Shown here in pieces: positions 40,430 to 54,239 of a DNA stretch of 64,000 nucleotides; position 1 is the stretch's first letter, and every line of letters starts with the position of its first letter. A program made the position numbers and the translations under genes. Where the stretch lies: the NCBI RefSeq assembly GCF_030028105.1, contig NC_092394.1, positions 51,314,477 to 51,378,476 on the forward strand, read 5' to 3'. The stretch comes from Mobula birostris. Its lineage: Eukaryota. The notes beneath the pieces are model-generated. The model worked only from the letters and a program-made list of their open reading frames with translations. It was not told the DNA's origin and did no database searches.

Positions 40430-41890
40430 TGCTATGGGCGGCCCCACTTGCTTCAAAACGACAACAGTTATGCCAGTGCCTAAGAAGAATAACGTGGGCT
40501 GCCTTAATGACTATCGCCCAGTAGCACTCACATCTACAGTGACGAAATGCTTTGAGAGGCTGGTCATGACTAGACTGAACTCCTGCCTCAGCAAGACTCA
40601 TTGTAACTTGCCTGTCACCACAATACGTCAACAGCAGGTGCAGTCTTAATGGCTGTCCACACGGCTTTAGACCACCTATGTCAGGATGTTGTTCGTTGAA
40701 TATAGCTCAGCATTTAATACCATCATTCCCATAATCCTGATTAAGAAGTTGCAGAACCTGGGCCTCTGTACCTCCCTCTGCAATTGGATCCTCGACTTCC
40801 TAACTGGAAGACCACAATCTGTGTGGATTGGTGATGACATATCCTCCTCACTGATGATCAATACTGGCGCACCTCAAGGGTGTGTGCTTAGCCCACTGCT
40901 CTACTCTCTAGATATACATGACTGTGTGGCTAGGCATAGCTCAAATACCATCTATAAATTTGCTGATGATACAACCATTGTTGGTAGAATCTCAGATGGT
41001 GGTGAAAGGGCGTACAGGAGCGAGATATGCCAACTAGTGGAATGGTGCCGCAGCAACAACCTGGCACTCAACGTCAATAAGATGAAAGAGCTGATTGTGG
41101 ACTTCAGGAAGGGTAAGATGAAGGAACACACACCAATCCTCATAGAGGGATCAGAAGTGGAGAGAGTGAGCAGTTTCAAGTTCCTGGGTGTTAAGATCTC
41201 TGAGGATCTAACCTGGTCCCATCATATCAATGTAGTTATAAAGAAGGCCAGACAGTGGCAATACTTCATTAGGAGTTTGAAGAGAGTTGGCATGTCAACA
41301 AATCCACTCAAAAACTTCTACAGTTGTACTATGGAGAGCATTCTGACAGGCTACATCACTGTCTGGTATTGAGGGGGGGCTACTGCACAGGACCGAAAGA
41401 AGCTGCAGAGGGTCGTAAATCTAGTCAGCTCCATCTTGGGCACTAGCCTACAAAGTACCCAGGACATCTTTAGGGAGCGGTGTCTCAGAAAGACAGCGTC
41501 CATTATTAAGGACCTTCAGCACCCAGAACATGCCATTTTCTCACTGTTACCATCAGGTAGGAGATACAGAAGCCTGAAGGCACACACTCAGCAATTCAGG
41601 AACAGCTTCTTCCCCTCTGCCATTTGATTTCTAAATGGACATTGAACCCTTGGACACTACCTCAATTTTTTAATATACAATATTTCTGCTTTTTGCATGT
41701 TTTTAATCTATTCAATATACATATACTGTAATTCATTTACTTATTTATTATTATTATTACTTTATTTATTTTTTCCTCTTCTATATTATGTATTGCTTTG
41801 AACTGCTGCTGCTAAGTTAACAAATTTCACGTCACATGCCAGTGATAATAAACCTGATACTGATTCTGATTCTGATTCGGATTCTGATTT
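40430..41890 (+). mobile_element. Rex1/Babar-like LINE (5'-truncated) inserted in CR1 ORF1
   Basis: [11 protein letters not shown]; a 228-aa open RT at 40686-41372 with [13 protein letters not shown] and YKFADDTT; (gattct)n tail. Confidence 0.92.
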
Positions 41891-44161
41891 GGGAAATAAG
41901 TGTGTGTTCAAGGAATTGGTGCAGGGGGCAAGGTTTCTAGATCTTTGAGATCTCATCTAGGGACACTATGACTTGTACAGAAAAGATGGATTAGTCCTAA
42001 ACCTGAGGGTGGCCAGTATCCTTGTAGGCAGGTTTGAGAGAGCTGTTGGGGAAGGTTTAAACTAATTAGGCATGGGAATGGGGTCTAGAGTGATAGGACC
42101 GAGGATGAGCCGCTGGTATTCAAGTCCATGCAGTGTGTACTGAAACTGAGAAGAAAGACAGGCAGATGACAGGACAAAATTGCAGTCAGTGGATGATTTG
42201 AAGAGTAACATTGGGACAAAATTGAAAAAGGTGATGAATACACGACTGAAAGTGCCATATTTGAATGCAGACAGTATACGGAATAAAGTAGATGATCTTT
42301 TATTGCAGTTGAGATTAGTAGGTATGATGCTGTGGACATCACTGTATCATGATCACAGCTGGGAGCTTAACATCCAAGGATACACATTCTGTTGAAAGGA
42401 GAGACAGGTAGAAAGAGAGTCTGGGTAACTGTTGGTAAAAAATGAAATCAAATCCTTTAAAGAGATGACATAGGATCTGAAGATGTAGAATCTTTGTAGG
42501 CATGGTTTAGAAACTATAAGACCCTGGTGGGAGTTATAGACAGATATCTGAACAGTAGCCAGGATGTGGGCTACAAATTACAATGGGAGATAGGAACAGC
42601 ATGTCATGATAGCCATGAGTGATTTCAATATGCAGGCAGGATCCCAAGAGATGGAACTTTTAGATGCCTACAAATAGCTTTTCAGTGCAGCTTGTGGTTG
42701 AGCCCACTAGGCGTAAGGAAATTCTGCATTGGCTTTTACACAATGAACCAGATTTGATTAGGGATCTTAAGGTAAAGGAACCCTTGGGAGTCCGTGATCG
42801 TAGTATGATATAATTCACCCTGTAGTTTGAAAGGGAGAAGCTAAAGTCAGATGAATCAGTATATCAGTATTACAGTGGAGTAAAGAGAATTACAGAGGAA
42901 TGAGAGAGGAGCTGGACAAAGTTGATTGGAAGGAGACACTAGCAAGGATGATGGCAGAACAAAGTTGCATACTTGAATTTTCAGAAGGCCTTTGACAAGA
43001 TGCCACACATGATTCTGCTTAACAAAATATTACAGGAAAGATACCAATGGTTGGCTTTGGGAGCAATTCGCAAGGTGCAGGATATATACATCCCAAAAAT
43101 GATGAAGTATTCTCAAAGAACTGTGGCTGACAAGGGAAATCAAAGACAGCATAACAGGTAAAGAGAGGGCATATAATAGAGCAAAAACTAGTGGGAAGTT
43201 AGAGGATTGGGAAGCTTTTGAACCCCAACAGAGGGCAACTAATAAGCAATAGGAAAATAAAAATGAAATATGAAAGTCAGCTAAAAGAGTATACCAAATG
43301 TATTTTTTAGAACATTTTAGTAAAAGAGAGGAGAGAGTGGACAACTGGAAAATGACACTGGAGAAGTAGTAATGGGGGACAAAGAAATAGCAGATGAAGG
43401 TAATAATTATTTTACATTTGTCTTCATTGTGAAAGATGCTAGCAGAATGCCAGAAATTCGAGAGTATCTGGGGGAGAAGTGTGTGTAGTTGCTATTATTA
43501 AGCAGAAAGAGCATGGGAAACTGAAAGGTCTGAAGGTAGATAAGTCACCTGGACCAGATGGACTGCACCCCAGCGTTCTGAAAGAGGTAGTTGAAGAGAT
43601 TATGAAGGCAATAGTAGTGATCTACCAAGAATCACTAGATTCTGGAATGGTTCAGGAGGACGACAGAATAGCAAATGTCACTCCATTTTGTAAAAAGGGA
43701 GGGAGGCAGAAGAAAGCATATTATAAGCCAGTTAGCCTGACTTCAGAAGATGTTGGAGTCCATTATTAAGGATGAGGTTTTGGGGTATTTTGAGACACAT
43801 GATAAAATAGACTGAAGTATGCATGGTTTGCTTAAGAGTAAATCTTGCCTGACAAATCTGTTGGAATTCTTTAAGGAAATAACAGACAGGACAGACAATG
43901 GACATTGTATACTCGGATTTTCAGAAGGTCTTTTGCAAGGTGCCACACATGAGGCTGTTTAACAAGATAGTGCATGGTATTACAGGAAAGATACTAGCAT
44001 GGGTAGAAGATTGGCTGACTCTCAGGAGGCAAAGGGTGGCTGCCAGTGACGAGCGGTGTTCTGCACGGGTCAGTGTTGGGACTGCATCTTTTTACATTAT
44101 ATGTCAATGATTTGAATGATAGAATTAATGGCTTCGTTGGCCAGGTTTGCGGACAATACAA

Positions 44162-44480
44162 GGTTAATCATAAGTTGGAACAATTTGATTCATACTGGGA
44201 AGAATGGTTTAACTACATAACACTTCATAGGCCTGATTTTATTCTCACAAGTCAATGAATATGTTGAAAAAAAGACCACTCCCTACTTTGTACATAGTTT
44301 TCTTCTTTTGATTGTTCTTTCTTGTCTCTCCTTTCTATAAGTGTATAACTCAGATAAATATTATGTGGAGATTTGTGACAAATATGACTATATGATATAT
44401 ATGTAGAGTATCTGAAATACATCTTCTGGAAATGTTTGTTTGATGATGAACTTCAATAAAAAAATAAATTACAAAAAAAA
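44162..44480 (+). mobile_element. L1/Tx1-like 3' end with polyA, inserted in CR1 RT
   Basis: ORF tail EQFDSYWEEWFNYI, then aataaa and an A-rich tail. It interrupts the CR1 sequence gatacaaagataggt. Confidence 0.7.
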
Positions 44481-45509
44481 GATAGGTTGAGGGGCAGGTA
44501 GTGTTGAGGAAGCAGGGTGTCTGCAGAAGGACTTAGATGGATTGGGAGAATGGATAAAGAAGTGGCAGATGGAAAAGAGTGTAGGCAAGTGTGTAGTTAT
44601 GCACTTCAGTAGAATGAATAGAAGTGTAGACTATTTCCTAAACAAAAATCAAAACTCGGAAAACTCAAAAATCTGCAGTGCAAGGACCCTTGGGAATCCT
44701 TGTGCAGGGTTTCCTACAGGTTAATTTGCAGGTAGAGTCAGTGGTAAGGAAGGCAATTGCAATCTTAGCATTCATTTCAAGAAGACTGTATTTTGAGCAG
44801 TTTTGGGCTCCTTATGTAAGAAAAGGTGTGCTGGCATTGGAGAGGGTCCAGAGGAGCTTCAGGAAAGTGACTCTGGGAATTAAAGGGTTAATTTTGATGG
44901 TTCTCGGCCTGTATTTGCTGCAGTTTAGAAGAAAGGAAGTAATCGAATATTGAAAGGCTAAGATAGAGTAGATGTGGAGAGGATATTTCCTATAGTGAAG
45001 AATCTCAGACCAGAGGGCACAGCCTCAGAATAGAGGGACATCCCTTTACAGCAGAGATGAGGAGGAATTTCTTTAGCCAGAGGGTGGTGAATATGTGGAA
45101 TTCATTGCCACAGACAGCTGTGGTGGCCAAGTCATTTTGTATATTTAATGCAGAGGGTGATAGGTTCTTGATTAGTCAGGGCATCAAAGATTATGGGAAA
45201 AAGGCAGAAGAATGGGAGTAGAGGGAGATAATAAATCAGCCATGATGGAATGGTGGAGCAGACTCAATTGTCTGAATGGCCCAATTCTGCTCCTAAGTCT
45301 TATGGTCTTACATGCTCTGCACTTTCTCTGTAAATGTAACACTACATTCTGGATTGTTCTTCCCTTGTACCGCCTCAATGTACTGATGTTTCAAAATGTT
45401 CTGTATGGATGGCATGCAAAACAAAGTTTTCCAAAAAAAGGAGAAAACAAACAAGCCAATGCCACAGGTACCTGATACCTGAGGTTGTAGATTTTCATGT
45501 TGGGCACAG

Positions 45510-45685
45510 AAGGCTTAGCTCCTCCTCATCTCTGTTCTAAATGGACGTACCTCCATTCTGAGGCTGTGCCCTCTGGTCCCAGACTCACACACAATAGGAG
45601 ACTCCTCTCCACATCCACCCTACCAGGCCTTTCAGCATTTGATAGCTTTCAATGAGATTCCCACTCATTCTTCTAAACTCTAGAG
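45510..45685 (-). mobile_element. CR1 fragment
   Basis: Reverse complement of gggcacagcctcagaat and neighbouring CR1 3' sequence. Confidence 0.7.
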
Positions 45686-46237
45686 TTAGAAGGTGAGGTA
45701 GAATAAGGAAGCAAGTAAAATTGTATTTAAGATGGGCTTAGATTGGGATTATGCTTTTCATGAATGATATCAGACTCATGATGTGTGTGTGAGGATTATA
45801 TCACATGACCTCTCCACTAGAATGGTTTAGGCTGCGGATCAATGCTACCTTTGAGAGCAACGTCATCAGTCACTGCATTCCCATTAAGCTCTGCACAAAT
45901 TAAGGAACCCATCAGACAGACTAACAGTATCTTTGGGCACCCTGACCATTACTGCTCGCCTCTACCTTCTCAGAGAAGGAACAGAAGCTCAACCACCCGG
46001 ACAATCAGGCTCAGGAACATGTTCTTCCCCGCAGCTATCAGACATCTGAACCAATCGCTTCCCCGGTGGTTCTGTCATATTCTTGAACCCTCCATTCTGT
46101 GAGCTTCATGTGAGCAAGGAATTTTAATACACACTGATGTATTTTTGAATAAATTAATCTAGATATGAATCTGGAATAGCTTGGGAAGCTGCCTTTCACC
46201 TCTGAAGAAGAAATCAGTTTTTCCCATGTCTGTCATG

Positions 46238-46540
46238 GGGTGGTACAGCGGTTAATACTACTGTCTTATACCCAGGGACCAGGGTTTGACCCTGACCTTG
46301 GGCGCTGCCTGTGTGTAGAACACATTCTCTCTGAGACAGTGTGGGTTACCCCAGGTGCTATGATTTACCCCACAACCCAAAGGTCCACTGTAAGTTATAC
46401 TTTATTAGTGGAAGAACCAAAAAGAGATTGTTGAGCATGTGAGAGAGAGCAGGAAACTGGGTAATTGGATTGATTAGATTTCTCTGCTAGGAGCTAGCAT
46501 TGACCTCATAGGCTGAATAGCTTCTTGCTGAGCTGTACTA
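46238..46540 (+). mobile_element. V-SINE/HE1-like SINE, degenerate
   Basis: gtggtacagcggttaa...gggtttgaccctgacc. Confidence 0.6.
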
Positions 46541-46642
46541 AGTCTGCCAGGTTGTGTGTTCGCCCGGGATTGAGCTATTTGCGACAAGTGCAGCCCTTCA
46601 TCATGCAACATGTTGCTGTTAGTAATTAAGTATCTTGTAAAT

Positions 46643-46721
46643 CAAGGGTTCCCAGTCTGGGGTCCACGGACACCCCGGTTAGTGATGGGAGTGCATGGCA
46701 TAAAGAAGTTGGGAACCTCTG
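46643..46721. mobile_element. Tiny hAT-Charlie-like MITE
   Basis: Termini caagggttcccag...ttgggaacctctg, with imperfect 8-bp flanks ttgtaaat and ctgtaagt. Confidence 0.55.
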
Positions 46722-47908
46722 CTGTAAGTAAACTCCAGGAGGTTTCTAGGTATCCTCAGAAGATAAGTAAAATTAATCTTGGTTTATTTCCATGTTTCTT
46801 ATGTAAAATCAATTTAAAAAATTTATGTGTGTGTTTGAAAGTGAAGAAGTCTCTTTCTGCTGCACAATTATCTACAAGAGGCACTGACTTAAGAAGGCAA
46901 AATCTATCATCAAAGACCTCCACCGTCTGGGCCATGTCATCTTCTCACATTTACCATTGGCCTGGAAGTCCAGAAACCTGAAGTCTGACATGAATAGGTT
47001 CAAAATCAGCTACTTCCCTGCCACCATTTGGTGCTTGAACCTCCTGGCACAACCCTCATCATCAACTCAGGATGGCAACACCGTGACTACTATGACCACT
47101 TTGCACAGCAATGTCTTATTTTTAATTCTAATAGTGCGCTCTTTCTTGTAAAGTTGTGTACAGTTTATATTTAATGCATGTTTTTCTTAATGCTGTGATG
47201 CCTGTGATGTGCTGCCAAATAAGTTTTTCCTTCCACCTGTGCATACATGTAAACAGTGAACTTCACTGTAGCTTTGCTCATTTTAATGCTCCAGTATCAG
47301 CTTCCTGAACTGCTGCAGTCCACGAGGTAATCATAGAGTCACTCCATATAGAAACTGGCCCAATGGCTGCTGCTGTCCATGTTGACCATAGTACTCACGT
47401 ACACTAATCCTATTTACCTGCCTTCCATGATTCAATTGTTCTCAAATATCAGTCTGAGACACAGTATTTGGGCGAGTGGTTTGAAGTCAACTAGATTGGT
47501 AATTTGTAGACCACATAAAGGTGAGTTTTCTTTTCCCAAAGGATATCAGCCAACCATCTGGAAAGTTACAACAATCTGGCAGTCTTTCTGATACCAGTTT
47601 TGTACTCCCAGAATCCAACATCTTCAAGCTACCAGAGTGGGGTTTGCCTCCCATTCCTCGTTCCCATGACTCCGTTCTCAGTATTATTCTTTATTAGCAC
47701 AGTTTGTCTTATTTGTCTTCCTTTATACATTGGCTATTTGTCAGTCTTTATTTATGTGTAGTTTTCATAAATTCTATTGTATTTCTTTATTTCCCTGTAA
47801 ATGCCTGCAAGACAATGAATCTCAAGATGATATATGGTGACGTATATGTACTTTGATAATAAACTTACTTTGACTTCGTTTCTCATCCTGGACCTTTGGA
47901 TTTCATGC

Positions 47909-49094
47909 CCAGTAACACAATCATCACATGACCATATCTCAGGCTAGTAACACAGCAATCACATGACCATATCTCAGGCCAGTAACACAATCGTCACATG
48001 ACCATATCTCAGGCTAGTAACAAAGCAATCACATGACCATATCTCAGGCCAGTAACACAATCATCACATGACCATATCTCAGGCTAGTAACAAAGCAATC
48101 ACATGAGCATATCTCAGGCCAGTAACACAATCGTCACATGACCATATCTCAGGCCAGTAACACAGCAATCACATGACCATATCTCAGGCTAGTAACACAA
48201 TCATCACATGACCATATCTCAGGCTAGTAACACAATCATCACATGACCATATCTCAGGCTAGTAACAAAGCAATCACATGACCATATCTCAGGGCAGTAA
48301 CACAGCAATCACATGACCATATCTCAGGCCAGTAACACAATCATCACATGACCATAAATCAGGCTAGTAACACAGCAATCACATGACCATATCTCAGGCT
48401 AGTAACACAGCAATCACATGACCATATCTCAGGCCAGTAACACAGCAATCACATGACCATATCCCAGGCTAGTAACACAGCAATCACATGACCATATCCC
48501 AGGCTAGTAACACAATCATCACATGACCATATCTCAGGCTAGTAACACAATCATCACATGACCATATCTCAGGCTAGTAACAAAGCAATCACATGACCAT
48601 AAATCAGGCTAGTAACACAGCAATCACATGACCATATCTCAGGCCAGTAACACAGCAATCACATGACCATATCTCAGGCCAGTAACACAGCAATCACATG
48701 ATCATAAATCAGGCTAGTAACACAGCAATCACATGATCATAAATCAGGCTAGTAACACAGCAATCACATGACCATATCTCAGGCCAGTAACACAGCAATC
48801 ACATGACCATATCTCAGGCCAGTAACACAATCATCACATGACCATATATCAGGCCAGTAACACAATTGTCACATGACCATATCTCAGGCCAGTAACACAG
48901 CAATCACATGACCATATCTCAGGCCAGTAACACAATCGTCACATGACCATATCTCAGGCCTGTAGCATAATCATTACATGACCATATCTCAGGCTTGTAA
49001 CACAATCGTCACATGACCATATCTCAGGCCAGTAGCACAATTGTCACATGACCATATCTGAGGCTCAGCAAGACAATCATCACATGACCATATC
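47909..49094. repeat. 35-bp minisatellite, about 34 copies
   Basis: Unit c(c/t)agtaacac(agcaa/aatca)tcacatgaccatatctcagg, with a few recurring variants. Confidence 0.97.
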
Positions 49095-50619
49095 ATGGGA
49101 CTAGAGGCAATTAACTACAGCATGCTCAGCAAAGTTTGATTCTTTATCCTAGGACGAAAGGGAAGAGTATTTTCCTGAAGCTGATAACATTTCCAGGGTC
49201 ATGAGATTGCACCATGTGAAACCATGTTGATTTTTTACAACATACACAATAAGCTGTGTTTGCTCAGCATGAGGAGTCACAGATTCCTGCTGGTGTGATT
49301 GAAGGGGATTAAACAAACAGTGCTCTTGATCCCTTTGTGAATCCATTCACCACCAAACTGAAGCAGTTGCTAGGCAAGGAATCCCCTCAGGACCCAGTTC
49401 TTGTTAGCAGGAATGTCGCTGGCAGCTGGCAGACCAGTTTCCGGGTCAGTGTCCTTCATTCCCCCCGCCCATCCCAGTCTTTGTTCAGTTTTATAGCAAA
49501 AACACCAGAAGTATTCTTGATCTGCTCCTAACTTATTCATTTCTAACGTCATACAAGTGCGTATGAGCACAGCTACAGACCTTTGTAGAGAGTCTGGAGG
49601 TGAGAGCTGCACCATTTACATTACTGACTAGTTGGATATCTTTTGATATCTGTTCCATAACAGGCAGTATTGTTACAGGAACATGGGAAACGGAGTGGCG
49701 AGGCCTGTTGTTGCTTCTGGCAGATTTCCATCTGCCACACCCGTGGGACCTTATTCCTTCGTAGCCATGGAAATCCTAAATTGTGGGTGCATCAATAATA
49801 ATCCCAGGAAATGGGCAATTGATGTGGGGTGATGGGAGAGATGGTGAAATTAGGCTGATCACCCAGCAGATAGGAGTGTAAATCCTCCAAGACAGAATGG
49901 CAATTTTAATTTGATTTAAATAAATGGAAGAGCTATTATTATTAAAATAACCATGAAGCTGCTGGGTTGTTGTAAAAACCCAGCTGGTTCATTAATATCC
50001 AATGAAGGGGAAACCTGCTGTTCTTACCCATTCTGACTCGTATACTGTATAACTCCACATCATCTCAATTGGCTCTCTCTACAGGGTAAGGGCATTTTAT
50101 GTGGCAGTGTGTGTTGTGAAGACAATGCTGAGAGACCACTGTTCAATGGTGTAAGTGAACAAAAGCCGAGGCCCGAACATTTAACAAAGGCCACAGATAG
50201 CAGGACTTAGTACTTCGGAAGAGCCTGCACAATATTCACCCTTGAAAAACTCTAATAAGAAATTACTGCATATCCTCCATCAGATCTTTACAGGATCGTG
50301 CTGTGCATGAATTGTTCACACTTTTAATGAGAATACTCTTCAGGAGGAGTTTACCTTCTCTGAGCACGTTAGAATGTCTTCAAAGTTCCAAGTTCAAAGT
50401 AAATTTGTCGAAGTTCATATACGTCACCATATACAACCCAGAGATTCGTTATCTTATATTCAGTAAATCCAAGAATTATAAAATAAATGAAAGACCACAC
50501 TTAACAAGGCAGACAAACAACCAATGAGCAAAAGACAACAAGCTGTGCAAATATAAAAGAGAAAAAGGGGTAAGTAAGTAAATAAGCAATAAATATCAAG
50601 ATTGAGAAGAAGAGTCCTT

Positions 50620-50793
50620 TTGATTGTTCTTTCTTTCCTCTCCTTTCTGTAAGTGTATACCTCAGATAAATATTATGTGGAGATTTGTGACAAATATGAC
50701 TATATGATATATATGTACAGTATCTGAAATACATCTTATGGAAATGTTTGTTTGATGATGAACTTCAATAAAAAATAAATTACAAAAAAAAAA
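50620..50793 (+). mobile_element. Second, shorter copy of the L1/Tx1-like 3' end
   Basis: Nearly identical to 44306-44480. TSD-like gagaaga(a/g)gagtcctt at 50604-50619 and 50798-50813. Confidence 0.75.
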
Positions 50794-51381
50794 GTAAGAG
50801 AAGAGGAGTCCTTGAAAGTAGGCCCATAGGAAACGACAGCAGATCAGTGTACCAGTCGCTATGCATGGGTCAAAGGATTTCTCAAGGCAAAAGCTATTTC
50901 TTCCGTGTTATTTCAAGATAGCTTTTGTTGCTACCGCTTCTTTTCTGAGAAAAACAGTCAATAGTATGAATGCCTGCCAAGTGATTCACACCTGTCTGTT
51001 GCTTCATCACCCTTGATAAATTCCAATATGAAAAACAATCTCATCTTTCTGATGTGGCCTGCTTCACTCTTTCATCCGCTTTCTCAGCTGTTTATTAAAC
51101 CTGAGCTTTGGGATAACATTTAGCTACAGGAGGCAACTTGTGTTACTCTAGAATGGGTGTAATGTAGGTCTGAGGGATTCCAGTTTCAAAGTGCACTTTG
51201 GAGACAAAGTACAACATATTCTCGTGGAACTGGATTGGAGTGGAACCTGTGAGGATAGAGAGAGAGACTTCAGTGAGCCATGAACAAGCCACAAATCAAA
51301 TGATAACAATAATATAAATGATGTCGTTCAAAGTATTTTACAATGAGATAAAGTGTAAACATAAAGAAAAGGACAAAATGA

Positions 51382-51482
51382 ACAACACACACAAAATGCC
51401 GGAAGAACTCGGCAGGTCATATAGCATCTATGGAAATGAATAAACAGTCGATGTTTCTGGCTGACCCTTCTTCAGGACTCGG
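51382..51482 (-). mobile_element. Penelope terminal fragment with hammerhead-like motif at 51445-51480
   Basis: Reverse complement reads agtc CTGAAGA agggtcagcca GAAAC ATC gactg. Confidence 0.65.
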
Positions 51483-52194
51483 GTGCTCTACATTTTCAGC
51501 ATCTGCAGAATCTTTCGCATTTCACAGGGAGGATGTACAAAGACTCCTTACGGAGGACACCGGAATCGAACTCCAAACTCCAAAGCCCCGAGCTGTAATG
51601 AGAATCAAAATCAGGTTGAATATCACTGGCACATGTGGTGAAATTTGTTAACTTTGTGGCAGCAGTTCAATATAAATATAGAAGAAAGACTTAATTGCAG
51701 GATTATATATATAAAATAGAGGATATAATATATGTGTATATTAAATAGTTAATTTAAGAGAAGTAGTGCAAAAACAAATTTTAAAGAAATACTGAGGAAT
51801 TGTTCATGGGTTCAATATCCATTTAGGAATTGGACGGCAGAGGGTGTTGTGCTTACAATGGTGCCCAGTATTTTCAAGTCGGGATTCTCCGTGACTTGTT
51901 GGGGAATTTACAGCCGTTGGCTTTGCCACGTCCCTACTATACTTGTCCTTCTCAGTGGTAGGAATCATGGACAGTGGAGTTTCTGCTGGGATAGCCTTGG
52001 CAAGTTACTCCAGCTTATTTTGCAGAGGATGCACACCTTCAGGCACAGTGGAAGGTATGAAGGTCAATGGACTGCTTTATCATGGATGGCAACAAGCTTC
52101 TTCTTGCAAGTGGAAAATGTTTCTCATAGGTGGCAGAAAGGGTTGTCAGAGGGGAATCACTCACCACCGGATACCCGCTCTCTGATTATGATGA

Positions 52195-52480
52195 AGACAT
52201 CATTGGTAGATAGGGTCATAAAGCAATTTGGCACATTGGACTTCACAAATCAGGGCGTTGAGTACAGGAGTTGGGGTGCCATGTTAAAGTTGTAGAAACA
52301 TTGGTGAGGTGAATTTGGAGTATTGTGTGCAGTTTTGGTCACCTACCTACAGGATAGATATCAATAAGCTGGAAAGAATGCAGAGAAAGTTTACAAAGAT
52401 GTTGCTGAGACTTGAGGAATTGGGTTATAGGGAAAAGTTGAACAGGTTAGGATTTTATTCCTTGGAGCGCCGGAGAATGA
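52195..52480 (+). mobile_element. CR1 fragment
   Basis: LEYCVQFWSP...LERMQRKFTKML. Confidence 0.85.
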
Positions 52481-53634
52481 TCTTCTGGTCATCTTCTTGT
52501 GGAACTTTGCTGCAGAACTTCATAAAGCTGTTGGATACCTGGCAGGGAAGGAAAGCCCATGGTACCTCAACTAGACATCTATTCAGACAATCCAATCAGA
52601 CACCTATTCCTTTCCAATTCCCTTCTGAGAGTCACTGCTAAATCTGACTCATTCTCCCTTAAGATTTACAAACATTAGTACCCAAAAAAACCTGTAAACA
52701 CTCAGCAGGTTGAACAGTCTAGGAATGTTCAGTTTCGTTTTTGGAAAGGGGAAAAAAATAATGTTTCACGTCAGAAACCTTATCTCCTTCCAGTTATGTC
52801 CAGATCACTGATAAATACTAAAAGGAGCGATGCATTTAACATAAACATTATAGTTCTCTTTTAGTCTGAAAACTGGCGCTCACCAGTATTTCTAGCATTC
52901 CTTCTCTTGGCCAGTTTCACATTCACATCACCCTGTTACTTAATACCATGACCTCCACATTTCCTTAATAATGATGATGATGCTCTGAGAAACTAAATAA
53001 TGTAATAGGTGCAAATTACCTCCATGACTAATGATCTATAAATCACATGCATGCTTTTGTGATGAAGTGACATTCCAACTTGCAAGCAAGAAAATGGACC
53101 TGACGATGTATCTTGGCGTTAACATCATTCTGAACTTTTCTCTTGAACTGTTAGCATCAGGTACCAGAACTTACACCACAATGGCCCTTCCCAAGCAGTT
53201 AACTCTTTCAGCCTTGAATCAGAAAAACTAGAGGATAGGTATTGATCAAAAGGAAATGAAGGAATTTGCCTGATTTGCCTTCTGGCAATGAAGACGGTGT
53301 GGTTTTGCCAAGCAATTCCAGTTGGGTTAGTCATCACAAGTGAACAACAGAATAAAGAGGTAATACAGAGAACATATTTAGATCTCATGTCAATAATCAC
53401 ATTCCCTCTCTACACCTCCCTCTTTTCTTGGAAGGTGCTGCTTAAAATATCATGATTTCACCACATTATTTTCCACCTGTTCACCTGTCACCCTTTATGA
53501 CTTGTGCAAATTGCAATTGATTAAGTTTCTGTGAGGCACCTTCCCATGCATTGCTTTGTTGAAGGTAATAAAAATATATGAAAGCACTGCGGATTTAAGT
53601 GAGCTTACTTTTCGTGGCCGAGCTTGTGGGTTGT

Positions 53635-53985
53635 GCCCTGGTGTAACTGGTAGAGCTGCAGATTCACGGTTCTAGTGACCTGGGTTCCAACCTGACCTCT
53701 GCCGCTGTCTATGTAGTTTGCACATTCTTCTTGGAACCTTGTGAGCTCCTGCCACATCCCAAAGGTGTGCTGGTTGCTAAATTAATTGGCAACGTTAATA
53801 ATTAGTTATCCTTTCTTATGCAGGTGAGTGATAGAATCCAGGGGGAGTAGGTAGGAAGGTGAGGAGATTGAAATGGGAATTTTGGAAATGGGTGAGAAAA
53901 CACTACAGATGCTAGAAATCTGAAAATAAATCTACAGAGGGTTGATGTATTGACTTGGTGGGCAGAATGGCTTTGTTATGTAGTT
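53635..53985 (+). mobile_element. V-SINE/HE1-like SINE
   Basis: tggtgtaactggtagagctgc...gacctgggttccaacctgacc. Confidence 0.65.
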
Positions 53986-54239
53986 TGTCACCTATGGCCC
54001 CATTCAGTAACCAGCGCGTGCAGACTTAAGATAACTGGCAAACTGACCTGATGCCACACAGCGTACAACTTTTTTCCAAAATCATTCGTTAGGATTTGAA
54101 ATCCACTGCCAGAAAGAGTAGCCAATACAGGCTCAATCTTTCCTTTCTTCAAGAAGGTGGATAAATACTTAGGGAGAAAACACTGCAGCGATATGGGGAA
54201 AAGAACTTGCCCACTAAAATTGATTTTAAAGGACCATCA

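Larger units (their letters stand above)
39260..45310 (+). mobile_element. Near-full-length decayed CR1 LINE (5' UTR repeats, ORF1, ORF2) hosting two insertions
   Basis: A ~62-bp duplication lies at 39330-39510. ORF1 has a Cys motif (YICMKC) and an SGNH-esterase-like CLPSTRVRDV/HIGTNDIG. ORF2 has YLNADSIRNK, KSPGPDGLHP and DFQKVF, then a 3' tail. Confidence 0.88.

Noticed and set aside
40686-41372. Active reverse transcriptase gene
   Set aside because: It is a 5'-truncated Rex1 copy with frameshifts or stops on both sides.
47909-49094. CRISPR-like array
   Set aside because: The units are contiguous 35-mers without unique spacers, there are no cas genes, and the context is eukaryotic.
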